This document shows positions 47,162 to 59,100 of a stretch of DNA of 64,000 nt, one piece after another (position 1 is the stretch's first letter; every line of letters starts with the position of its first letter). The stretch covers positions 6,676-70,675 of the forward strand of contig CAYNNZ010000003.1 in NCBI GenBank assembly GCA_964398815.1. Direction: 5' to 3'. The notes under the pieces were generated by a model that ran no database searches, was not told where the DNA came from, and saw nothing but the letters and a program-made list of their open reading frames with translations. The DNA comes from an uncultured Candidatus Saccharibacteria bacterium. Lineage in GTDB: Bacteria; Patescibacteriota; Minisyncoccia; Phycocordibacterales; Phycocordibacteraceae. A program made the position numbers and the translations under genes.

Positions 47162-47204
47162 GGCCGCTTGCGGCAATGGGGTGCCCCGGTGCAAGATGGG
47201 GGCA

Positions 47205-48596
47205 ATGAGCGACTATCGGCCCACTATAGGCCTCGAGGTACATGCGGAACTCGATACCCGCACCAAGATGTTCTGCGACTCGGCAAATGACCCCGAGGAA
47301 ACACGTCCGAACGTGAACGTGTGTCCGGTGTGCATGGCGCACCCAGGTACGATTCCGACCATCAACAAGCGAGCCGTCGAGCATGTGCTGCGAGTCGGCA
47401 CTGCACTCGGCTCAACGCTCGCGGACTACACCGAGTTTGATCGCAAAAGTTATTTCTATCCCGACATTCCGAAGGGGTATCAGATTAGCCAGTACGAATA
47501 TCCGCTCGTCGCCGGAGGAAGTCTGAACGGCGTCGACATCACTCGCGTGCATCTTGAGGAAGACACCGCACGCTCGTCGCACGAGGGAGGTGTATCCGTC
47601 GTCGACTTCAATCGCGCTGGCGTGCCGCTCATGGAGCTCGTCACCGAGCCAGTCATCCACGACGCGAAGACGGCAGGAGATTTCGCGCGCCAGCTACAGC
47701 TGCTGCTGCGAACACTCGGTGCGTCGCATGCGAATCTCGAGAAGGGCGAGATGCGCGTTGAGGCCAATATCTCCGTCTCGAAAGATGATACGTTCGGCAC
47801 GAAGGTCGAAGTAAAAAATCTAAACTCATTCCGTTCCGTTGAGCGTGCTATTGCATACGAAGTCGAACGGCAGATACGTCTGCTCGAAGAGGGAGGGAAG
47901 GTGATCCAGGAGACGCGAGGGTGGGATGAGAATAAGCAGGAGACGTTCAGTCAGCGCGTGAAGGAGGGTAGTGCTGATTACCGCTATTTCCCGGAGCCTG
48001 ACCTCCCGAAGCTCGTGCTCTCCGATATGACTGACTGGAGTGCAGAGGCGCTGCGAGCGTCGCTTCCTGAGTTGCCACGAGAGCGCCGTGCACGCTACGA
48101 AGGTCTCGGTCTCAAAGAGGAAGACGCTGCTACGCTCGCGCTATCACTCGAACGCAGTGCGTACTTCGATATGCTCGCAGCGCATGTCGGTGGCAATCCC
48201 GAGCAGATTCGCATTGCAGCAAACTACCTCGTGAATGACGTGGGCGAGTCGGCACCTCCGTCCCCAGCAGCGTTCGCAGAACTCGTACGCATGATTGCAG
48301 ACGGTACGCTGTCTTCTCGTGCTGCGAAGGATGTCCTCGCGGTCCTGGTAAGCGAGGGTGGTGATTCTGCGCTCGCTATCGCCGAGGCCAAGGGGCTCAT
48401 GCAGGAGAGCAATCCAGAAGCCCTTCGGGGTATCGTGCAGAGTGTGCTTGTGGACCATGCTGGGGTGGCGCAGGAGTACCGGGAGGGTAAGACGAGCGTG
48501 CTCCAGTTCCTGGTGGGGCAGGGCATGAAGGCATCCAAGGGCGCGGGAAATCCAGCCCTCATTCGAGACCTCTTCGTTGAAGAGTTGGAGAAGTAA
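47205..48596 (+). CDS. gatB: Asp-tRNA(Asn)/Glu-tRNA(Gln) amidotransferase subunit B
   Basis: MSDYRPTIGLEVHAEL…CPVCMAHPGT…; the C-terminal GatB/YqeY domain. Start ambiguous (47196 or 47205; the ORF track GTG at 47181). Confidence 0.85.
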   Translation: MSDYRPTIGLEVHAELDTRTKMFCDSANDPEETRPNVNVCPVCMAHPGTIPTINKRAVEHVLRVGTALGSTLADYTEFDRKSYFYPDIPKGYQISQYEYPLVAGGSLNGVDITRVHLEEDTARSSHEGGVSVVDFNRAGVPLMELVTEPVIHDAKTAGDFARQLQLLLRTLGASHANLEKGEMRVEANISVSKDDTFGTKVEVKNLNSFRSVERAIAYEVERQIRLLEEGGKVIQETRGWDENKQETFSQRVKEGSADYRYFPEPDLPKLVLSDMTDWSAEALRASLPELPRERRARYEGLGLKEEDAATLALSLERSAYFDMLAAHVGGNPEQIRIAANYLVNDVGESAPPSPAAFAELVRMIADGTLSSRAAKDVLAVLVSEGGDSALAIAEAKGLMQESNPEALRGIVQSVLVDHAGVAQEYREGKTSVLQFLVGQGMKASKGAGNPALIRDLFVEELEK

Positions 48597-48679
48597 TATG
48601 CAGCTTAGTTACGCACCATTTTTTTGCCCACTGTTCACAACCTATTTAAAACGAGACAAGATAGCCTTATACTCTCTTT

Positions 48680-49570
48680 ATGGATGAGCTAACCCTAGAC
48701 AACAAGAAGTATCTCTCGTCGAAGCAAGCGGCTAAGGTAACCGGCTACGCGAAGGATTATGTGGGTCAGCTCTGTCGCGAAGGGCGCATCGATGCCCGCC
48801 TTGTGGGACGCAATTGGTATGTCCTCGAATCATCAATACTCGAGCATCGATTCGGGGCGGAAGATAAGAAAGATCAGGAAGTAAAGGCTGAAATTAAGCC
48901 GCAGACTGCGTGGGAGACGCCTCGCTACATCGCAGAGCCGGCACAGACCGTACCTGAACTTTCGCCTAAACCTGCTGAATTCACCTCCGCGCCGCCAACT
49001 TCTACAGCATCCGTGACCCCAGAGGTACGCTCTACGCTTACTGATATGCAGTCAGCGTGGCAGGAATGGTTCCAAACCCAAGGAAATAAGGAGGAAAAAG
49101 CGCTTCCCGATGCCAGCGAAATGCTCCTTGAGGACCATGAGGAGCCTTCCTTTACCCAAGATGACGTACTAGAAACGTCTGAGGTGGCTGACCATTTCGT
49201 AGAAACAGAGGTAGAAGAGGAAGCTGAACCCATACATATAGCCCGCATTCGCCCGGAACCGCCCGTGATGAGGCGAGAAGCCTCGTACACGATGGGAGAG
49301 CCGCTACGCCTACAACGACGCGAGGAGGACTATCAGGAGGTCATTGAAGAGCGTCCTCAAAGACGTTCGGCAAGGCAGATTGCTTCAGTCGAACGCCCGC
49401 AGAAACGGAATTTGATACTGAACGCACTCCTTATATCTGCTGCAGGACTGGCAATAGTAATAGCCACCCTAGGCTCAGGAGCAATCGACGCATGGGTAGG
49501 TAGCGGGGGATGGGCAAATCCAGTGACTAACTTCCTCACAGGCACTAACGTCGTAGATATCAACAGGTAG
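48680..49570 (+). CDS. Single-pass membrane protein with an N-terminal excisionase/MerR-like HTH (HTH_17-like), an acidic disordered linker and a C-terminal TM
   Basis: N-terminus SSKQAAKVTGYAKDYVGQLCREGRIDARLVGRNWYV; Glu/Asp/Pro-rich middle; TM LILNALLISAAGLAIVIATLG near the C-terminus. The N-terminal module recurs at the start of the giant gene downstream. Confidence 0.5.
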   Translation: MDELTLDNKKYLSSKQAAKVTGYAKDYVGQLCREGRIDARLVGRNWYVLESSILEHRFGAEDKKDQEVKAEIKPQTAWETPRYIAEPAQTVPELSPKPAEFTSAPPTSTASVTPEVRSTLTDMQSAWQEWFQTQGNKEEKALPDASEMLLEDHEEPSFTQDDVLETSEVADHFVETEVEEEAEPIHIARIRPEPPVMRREASYTMGEPLRLQRREEDYQEVIEERPQRRSARQIASVERPQKRNLILNALLISAAGLAIVIATLGSGAIDAWVGSGGWANPVTNFLTGTNVVDINR

Positions 49571-50182
49571 GCTCTATCTCATCTCGTAGAGACGAGATAG
49601 AATAAATACCAGAGGGAGAAGGTGATTTGAAAACCATACAAAAAAGGCGCTGCAAGAATCATGCGGGGCTCTTATAGCTTGGTAGGGCAGTACGCTCTAT
49701 AAGGCGTTATAAGGCCTCTGGTGGAGTTTGGGTGTAGGAACTAAGAATTGTGCGGCACGGATTTCTACTCAGAGTCGATCAACGAACTCATACGGTAATG
49801 AAAGTTACCGCGATGAGGACCCGAACGCTCTGAATAACCCTCAGTGTTACTCGCAACAGAGGAAATAAAGTTCGCACAATATTCTTTACTGCATGAATGT
49901 ACGCACTTCGTTGTAATTCCTCATTTCTGCACACAATAAGCTGATTGCGGCCGCAGATGACAGCCACAGTAGCCCTGTAAAGGTCTTATACGCCATCAAA
50001 ATCGCATTACTGTACGTTGAGATGGGCGTAAGTGAACGTAGATGTGTCGATGAGCGAACGCACGTGAGTTTCGCTCTCGCGGTAGCTCTTAGAAAGATGA
50101 ATTGCAGATGAAAGTTATACCCAGCGAAATGCTTCGAAGCATCCGATATCTCTACTAAAATATAGAGAAGTCGGAACTTTAC

Positions 50183-53100
50183 ATGCCTCCCTCGCTCGAT
50201 ACAAACTTCATCCCAAATAGGGAAGCATCGGAGACATCCGGATACCATCAGGACTATCTCGCGCGCCTCTGCCGCGAAGGAAAGGTCGAAGGAGTTCAGG
50301 TCGGTCGCGCGTGGCACATCAATCGCCACTCGCTTCTCAAGTTCATCCGCGAGCAGGAGGTGCGCAAGCACGAGTTGGCTGAGCAGCTCTCTCGCACACG
50401 CAAGCAAACACTTGCTCAGGCTGCGCCGGTATTCACGGCGCCACTGGTCACGGTCGAAGCGCCTGCTCCTGCAACTCCTGTCGTCCCGTCGCCCTACTCT
50501 CCTACGCCCTCAGGTATTTGGTTCTACCGGAGTGCTACAGGAGTGGCGGTTTTACTGCTTATTTTGACGAACCTGCATCCGATAAGCACTCAATTTGCAC
50601 TCGATGGGGCGCTCAATCGCGAAGCTGCTCGGCTCGGAGGAGCGTTCGGCTTCGGTCATGACCTCGCGCTTGTGCCTGCCACTTCGACCGCGCAGATGTC
50701 GCCCCGAACAATGGCGTACGGCAACACGTCGCAGGCAATCTACCAGCAGTTCTATGTAAACGGCGCTTCGACTGAATACGTAAATGCGTACGTTGCGGCC
50801 TACGTTTCTTCCGCACTGAAAGACATCGTAGCGAAGGTTGGCGCGCAGGTGCTTGATGGTCGCGGCGTATCGCATGCAACGTCCGGCTCAACTAATTCGG
50901 TTGCGGTTGATCTCACGAACATCAGTGGTTCGACGATTACGAACTCGACGTTCAGTGGTTCGGTAAACGCGACGACCGTGAATGTTGCAACGCTTACGGT
51001 ATCTGGCACTGCTACATTTGCAACGACTTCGACCTCGGGTCCGGCAACCTTCACCGGAACGACCACTATCTCTGGTCCGCTGGTCATAGGCGGATTGAAT
51101 GGAGTCACCGAATGTCTGCATGTTGATGCGAATGGCGTTGTGTCCGGAACCGGAATCGATTGTGGAAGTGGCGGCGGCGGACTCACCGGACTTAAGGGGC
51201 AGTACTCATCGCTTCAGACCGGAGCGATTCAGACGTTTGCCACCTCGAGCGACACGAACATCGGACTCACTATCACGTCGGCCGGCGACGTGCATACCTT
51301 CACGCCGACCTGGATAGGAACGCTCGGCGTCAATCGGGGCGGTACTGGTCTTGCAACGCCGCCGACGTATGGCCAGTTATTACTCGGGAATGGCGGAGGC
51401 GGGTATGCACTCGCCGCAACATCAACGCTCGGCATTTCGTCCTCGGATATCACCGAGGGCTCGAAACTTTTTTATACTGACGGTCGCGTCGCTACGTACC
51501 TCAACACCGTCGCGAAGGAATACTTCTTTGCAACCACATCTGCCGATTTCTGGCAGAGTCAGCGTGACCTCTTCTCTACCTCTAGTGCGGCCTATTTCCT
51601 AGCTCAAAACCAGGGTAACGCGTTCTCCTCCACCTCCGCGTCTTACTTCCTCACGCAGAACCAAGGTGCCGCATTCTCAACCACGTCAGCGAATCACTGG
51701 CTGACTACCAAGTCGACTTCGAACCTCGCAGAGGGTTCGAATCTCTACTTCACCGACGCACGCGTGCAAACGTACCTCGATACGATTTCAAAGGGATACT
51801 TCTACTCCACCACCTCGAGCGACCACTGGCTGACTACCAAAACGACCGACAATCTTGCGCAGGGCTCGACGAACAAGTACTACAACGACTCGCTCGTAAA
51901 TACATTTGTTGGTGCATCCAGCACCATTGCGAAAACATTTACCACGAACGTCTTCACCGCACTCAACTCGTTCACGGGTGGTCTCGCAATCGGTGCTCTC
52001 AACGGTCCGCTTCAGGTAAACAATGGCGTCGTGTCGGCAACGACATCGATCGGAGTTCTCTACGGGGGTACGGGCTCGACGACACTCACTGGACTCCTAA
52101 AGGGTAACGGTACGAGCCAGGTACTCACTGCAGTTGCAGGTACTGACTATCAGGCCCCTATTACGCTCACCACGACAGGTACTTCTGGTGCGGCTACCTT
52201 TATAGGTAATACACTCAACATCCCGCAGTACTCGGGTACGACCTACACGGGTACCTACCCGGTACAGGTATCGGGCTCCGTCATCTCGCTTGCGTTCGGC
52301 ACCTCAACGAGTAACACCTGGGGTGGCACGCAGACCTTCACGAATACTCCGGTACTCGGAACGCTTTCGGGTCTTGTCGGCGCGAACAACGGCGCGCTTT
52401 ATCAGGTCGCAACGACGACGCTCTACGGTACTGGGGCAGGCGGCCAGGTTCTCACCTGGAATAACGGGGCACCGCAGTGGGTCGCGACGACTACTTATTC
52501 CGCTGGTTCCGGCATCTCAACGTCGTTCGCAGCAGGGAACCTGACTATTTCAAACACTGGCGTCCTCGCCATTGGCCCTACTGGACAGACACAGACTGGA
52601 ACCGTCACCGTCGCTTCCTCGACTGCAGGTACTGACTTCACAGTCACTGCATCCGCTGGAACCATTACGTTCAACCTCCCGACTGCCTCCGCATCGAATC
52701 GCGGTCTGCTTTCCTCAACGGACTGGACCACCTTCACCAATAAGCAGGCAGCACTCACGTTTACGTATCCGCTCGTGAATTCAGCGAACACCGTCTCGCT
52801 CGCGTTCGGTACGACCACCACAAATGCGTGGTCGTCGCTCCAGACGTTTAATGGTGGATTCATTGCGCAAGGCTCGACCACGATTGCGGGTGATCTCACA
52901 GTCTCGGGCAATGCAACTACCACGAACGCAACGACGACGAACCTCTATGTCTCAACGTCGATACGCGGCGGCGGTCTAACCTCCTGTTCGTTCTCGAGCG
53001 ATAAGCTGCTCTACAACTCGACCACCGGACAGTTCTCCTGCGGTGCTGACGCAGGTGCCGGTGGCGGCATTACCGCACTTAAGGGGCAGTATTCAAGCGC

Positions 53101-56100
53101 GCAGACGGGAAGCACACAGACGTTTGCAACATCATCTGACACCAACCTCGGTCTCACCATCACGAGCGCAGGCGACACGCATACCTTCACGCCGGTATGG
53201 ATTGGTACGCTCGCGGTAAACAGGGGAGGTACGGGCCAGAGCTCATTTACTTCCGGACAGCTTATCTATGGAAACGGGACGAACGCACTCACGAGCGTCG
53301 GCACCACCAGCGAAACACTCTCAGCAGAATTTGCGTTTAGCGGCACGCTCGGAGCGCTCGTCGGCGGCACTTCCGGCACACTCTCACTCGCAACCAACGG
53401 CGTAGCGTACAGCAAGCTCGCACAGGCAGCAGCGAATACAATTCTGGGGAATCCGACTGGCGCAACCGGAAACATCGTTGCGTTCGCCACCTCCTCGCTT
53501 GGCATCGCGCTTGCTGATACGACTGGCACGCTCACGGTCGCGCGCGGTGGCACGGGCACCACTACCGCGCCGGCAGGACAAATCATCTATGGCGGTGGGG
53601 CAGGCGTGTATCAGTCAGCTGCGACCGGTACCGTTGCTGCAGGCAGTGGTGTAAGCGTCACGGCGGGGCAGTCGGTCATCGGCGCTGGTCTCACTATCAC
53701 GAACACTGGCGTCCTCGCAGTCGGTCCAGTGGGCCAGACGACTAGCGGAACCGCGCTTTTCGCTACCTCAACTGCAGGCACCGATTTCACCATCACTGGC
53801 GCGGGCTCGACCATCACCTTCAATCTGCCGACCGCGTCAGGATCTGCACGTGGCCTCCTCTCATCTTCCGACTGGACCACCTTCAACAACAAGCAGGCAG
53901 CACTCACGTTTACGTATCCGCTCGTAAACACCGGTAATACGGTCAGCATCGCCTTCGGCACTACCACCTCGAACACGTGGGCAGGTACGCAAACCTTTAC
54001 GAACGCACCAGTACTCAGCTCGCTCTCGGGAGTCATCTATGGAAATAACGGAACGCTCGCAACGGCAGCAACCTCATCAATTGCAGTCTCTGGCGCGTTC
54101 AATTACTCAGGCACGCTCGGTACGTTTGTCGGCGGTACTAATGGCACGCTCTCGCTCGCAACCAACGGTGTCGCACTCACGAATCTCGCACAGATTGCCG
54201 CGAACTCAGTACTCGTAAACAACACTAGTGCAACGGGTAACGTAACGACAATCGCAACGAGTACATTCTTCGGTCTGGGGAATGGCGGCCAGGTCCTCAC
54301 CTGGAATAACGGGGTGCCGCAGTGGGTAGCAACGACAACGTACGCTGCAGGTACGGGTATCTCTACCTCATTCGCTGCTGGTCAGCTCACCATCACCAAC
54401 ACTGGCATTACGTCGCTTCAGCAGACAGGAGGCGGCTCCGCACAGACGGGTGCCATCACGTTCGCCACTTCGTCAGTTACGAATAATGGCGTGACGATTG
54501 GTCTCAACGTCACGAACGTCGGCGGCGCATTCACTTTCACACCCACGCGTTCTGGTACGCTCACTGCAGCAGGAGGCGGCACCGGCTTCGCATCCTACAC
54601 ACCGGGTGACATCCTCTATGCAGACACGGCAACGACATTCGCTCGCGCAGCGTCTTCGACGGACGGCTTCGTACTCGCGCTCGCAAATGGCAAGCCAACC
54701 TGGGTCGCGACCACAACGCTCTCCACCATCAGCGGCACGCTCGGTGTCACTAAGGGCGGCACGGGCCTTACCTCCATCGCTTCCTCCTCGCTCCTTATCG
54801 GTGGACCGGGTAATACTTTCATCGGTTACGCGACCTCATCGCTCGGCATCGCGCTCTCTGACACGACCGGAACACTCACGATTGTTCGTGGCGGTACCGG
54901 CACTACCACTGCTCCAGTGGGCCAGCTTATCTACGGAGGGGCAACCTCATACCAGAGCGTTGCAACCGGCACAGTCGCTTCAGGCTCAGGCATAAGCGTC
55001 ACAGCAGGGCAGGCAATCATCGGCTCTGGCCTCACCATCACCAACACCGGCCTCCTCTCACTTCAGCAGCTTGGTGGCGGTTCTGCACAGACGGGTGCAG
55101 TCACGTTCGCAACGTCGTCGCAGACGACTAACGGCCAGACAATCGGTCTCAACATCACCAACACCGCAGGTGCCTTCACTTTCGCACCTACCATCGGCGG
55201 CACCCTCACGGTCGCCGGTGGGGGAACCGGCCAGACCTCCTTCACCGCAGGGCAAATTCTCTATGGAAACGGCACGAACGGTCTCACTTCAGTGGGTACC
55301 ACATCCGAGACTCTTTCGTCTGAATTCTCATACTCAGGTACTCTCGGCGCACTCGTTGGCGGCTCTTCCGGAACGCTCTCCCTTGCCACCAACGGCGTTG
55401 CGCTTAACAAACTGGTTCAGGTTGGAGCAAACACTATCCTGGGCAACAACACGGGCGCGACCGGAAACGTCGTCGCATTCGCAACCTCGACGCTCTTTGG
55501 TACCGGCACGAACGGATTTGTTCTCGCTGTCGTAAACGGTATTCCGACCTGGACCGCCACCTCGTCCATCAATAACGGTGTCTCGTCGATTCAGCAGACC
55601 GGTGGTGGCACCGCACAGACCGGTGCGATTACATTCGCAACATCATCTGTCACGAACAACGGCGTCACTATCGGCCTCAACATCACGAACACCGGTAGCG
55701 CATTCACGTTCGCTCCGACACGCTCGGGTACGCTCACGGTGGCAGGTGGCGGCACCGGAGTCGGTTCCTTCACTGCAGGCCAGCTCATCTATGGAAACGG
55801 AACGAATAACCTCACTTCAGTAGCGACCACCACCATTGCGGTCTCGGGTGCCTTCAACTACTCAGGAACGCTTGGAGCGCTTGTGGGAGGCACAGGGGGC
55901 ACTCTCTCGCTTGCCACCAACGGCGTTGCACTCACGAACATCGCGCAGATTGCAGCCAACTCGATTCTTGCGAACGGTACCGGCGCGACTGGAAACGTCA
56001 CCGCGCTCGCAACCTCCTCCCTCGGTATCGCTCTTAGTGACACCACCGGCACCCTCCTAGCCGCTCGTGGCGGCACCGGCTTCGCCTCATACACTCCAGG

Positions 56101-59100
56101 CGACATTCTCTACGCAGACACCGCCGCATCACTTGCACGCGTTGCATCCTCAACTGACGGATTCATCCTCGGTCTCGCAAACGGCAAGCCAACCTGGGTC
56201 GCCACTACCACGCTTTCCTCAATCACCGGCACGCTCGTAATCGCGAAGGGAGGTACCGGCACCACCACGGCACCTTCTGGCCAAATCCTCTATGGCGGTG
56301 GGGCAGGCGTGTATCAGTCAGCTGCGACCGGTACCGTTGCTGCAGGCAGTGGTGTAAGCGTCACGGCGGGGCAGTCGATTATCGGTTCCGGTCTCACCAT
56401 CACGAACACGGGCGTCACTTCGATTCAGCAATCATCCGGTTCCGCGCAGACCGGTGCCATCACGCTTGCGACCTCATCAGCGGTCTCGTTCAACGGACTT
56501 ACGTTCACCAACTCCATCACTAACTCTTCGGGAACCTTCACCTTCACCCCGGCACTTTCTGGCACCCTCACGGTTGCAGGAGGCGGCACGGGTGTCTCGT
56601 CCTTCACCGCAGGTCAGCTCGTATATGGAAATGGCACGAACAACCTGACTTCAGTCGCAACCAGCTCACAGACTCTTTCTGCAGAATTCTCTGATACCGG
56701 CACCTTCGGTGCACTCGTTGGCGGCACCTCTGGAACCCTCTCGCTTGCCACCAACGGCGTTGCATACAGCAAACTCGCTCAGGCAGCCGCAAACACCATC
56801 CTCGGCAATCCGACTGGCGCGACCGGAAACCTCCAGGCATTCGCAACCTCATCGCTTGGTATCGCGCTTGCTGACACTACTGGAACGCTCTCGGTCGCTC
56901 GTGGCGGCACCGGTTCCACCACGCTCTCCGGCATCCTCCGTGGCAACGGCACTGGCCAAGTCAGTACCCTCATCGTCGGCTCCGGCCTCACCTTCGATGG
57001 CACCACGCTCGCAACCAGCGGCTCCGGCATCACCTCCATCGGTGCAGCAGGGCAGCTCCAGTCAGGGGGTACTCAGACCTTCGCAACCTCAACCGGCTCA
57101 TTCAACGGCCTCACGCTCGGCATGACGGTGGTCTCCTCTGCAAACACCCACACCTTCACGCCTTCCATCACCGGCACCCTCGGTGTTGCGGGAGGTGGCA
57201 CGGGCGCAGCATCCTTTACCGCAGGAGCTCTCGTGTATGGTGCAGGCACGGGTGCACTTCAGACAGTCGGCACCTCAACCGAAACCCTCTCCTCTGAATT
57301 TGCATACTCGGGAACACTCGGCGCGCTCGTGGGTGGTTCTTCCGGAACACTCTCACTCGCAACCAATGGTGTCGCACTCAACAAGCTCGTACAGGTTGGT
57401 GCAAACACCATCCTTGGCAACAACACTGGTGCGACCGGAAACGTCGTGGCGTTTGCAACCTCAACACTCTTTGGTACGGGAGTGGGTGGGCAGGTGCTGA
57501 CGTGGAGCAATGGGGTGCCGCGTTTTGTCGCGACGACGACCTTCTCTGCACCGCTCGCGTTCGCAAACGGCAATGTAACCATTACGCAGGCAGGTACGGG
57601 AGCAGACGGATACCTCTCGTCTACCGACTTCGCAACATTCAATAATAAAGTTTCTTCCACCTCGCTCTCCGCAACCTATCCGCTCGCATACAACAGCGCG
57701 ACCGGAGTCTTCACGACCGCGTTCGGCACCACGACCAGCAACACATGGGCTGGCACGCAGACGTTCACGAATACCATCAAGGTCGGCAGTCTCACCGGGT
57801 TCATTGCGGGTAATGCAGGTACGCTCTACCAGATCGCAAGCTCGTCTCTGAATCTCCCCACAAGCGCGCTCGCGAGCCAGAACGTAAGCCAGTTCACGAA
57901 CGATGCTGGGTATCTCACGCCGACATGGACCACGACTATTGATGCGGCGAACAACACCCTGAACAACGTAAACATGCTGACGTTCTACAACGGCGCTACA
58001 CGGCTCCTTAACGTCACCGACGTCTACAACAAGCAAGGACTCCGTATCGCAGATGGGTTCAGTCCAACCAATCGCGCCGACCTCTTCCCGTACTACCGCG
58101 ATGGGGGAGCGGCATTCCAGGCGGGCGATATCCTCGTCGCAAGCTCAAGCGGCGCCTACTATGCAGCAGCTACCTCAACACTTGGCTTTGAATCGGCGCT
58201 GACTTTCTCCTCGCCGCTTACACGAACCGGGAACACGGTAGGTATTCAGGTCGCAAACGGTTCACAGAACGGCTATCTCTCCTCGAGCGACTGGACGACC
58301 TTCAGTAGCAAGCTCTCTGCCTATGACGCATGGAGTCATCCGAGCGCAGGAGTTTCGGCGACAACAAGCGGCCTCATAATCACCGCGTCTTCGACTATCG
58401 GTAACGGTAGTCCAGCGGGCGGACTCACCATTGCCGGAAACTCGACTACGACCGGCATCGCAATCGCATCAGCCTTCGCTGGAAATGGAACGAATAATTC
58501 GCTCCTTACCCAGAACGGCATCGAGGTAGCGGTCATAGATACCAGTGCCACTACTATTGCGCTCGGTCTCTATAACAACTCATCAAGCGGGGCGAACAGT
58601 TCAGCGGTCGGTCTCAATAACAATGCTTCAGGCGGGTCATACAATAGCGCGTTCGGATTCGGTAATACTTCGTCTGGGTATCTTTCGTCCGCATTCGGCT
58701 CGCAGAACGTTGCCTCGAACAATACCTCCGGAGCATTCGGAGCAAGTAACAACGTCTCCGGAGTACAGGCATACGCGTTCGGCTATGCGATCACAAACGC
58801 CATCGACAACACGGTGATGATTGGTCCAAGCGATGCAGCGAAGGTAACTATTCGCAACACTGGAAAGGTCGGTATCGGAACCACCACACCGACCGCACAG
58901 CTGGAAGTCGAGAACGACACCAATGCTCTCGCACTCCTGCTGACCGTCCGCAACAATTACGGAACGACCGGATCTGCCGGCTCCCGTATCGGATTCGGCG
59001 TACACCGCGACATAGACCCAACAGCACTCGGCGCATCCATCGATGCCATCAACAAGGCTGGAGTTAATAATGGCGATATCGCACAGGGAGCAGACCTTGT

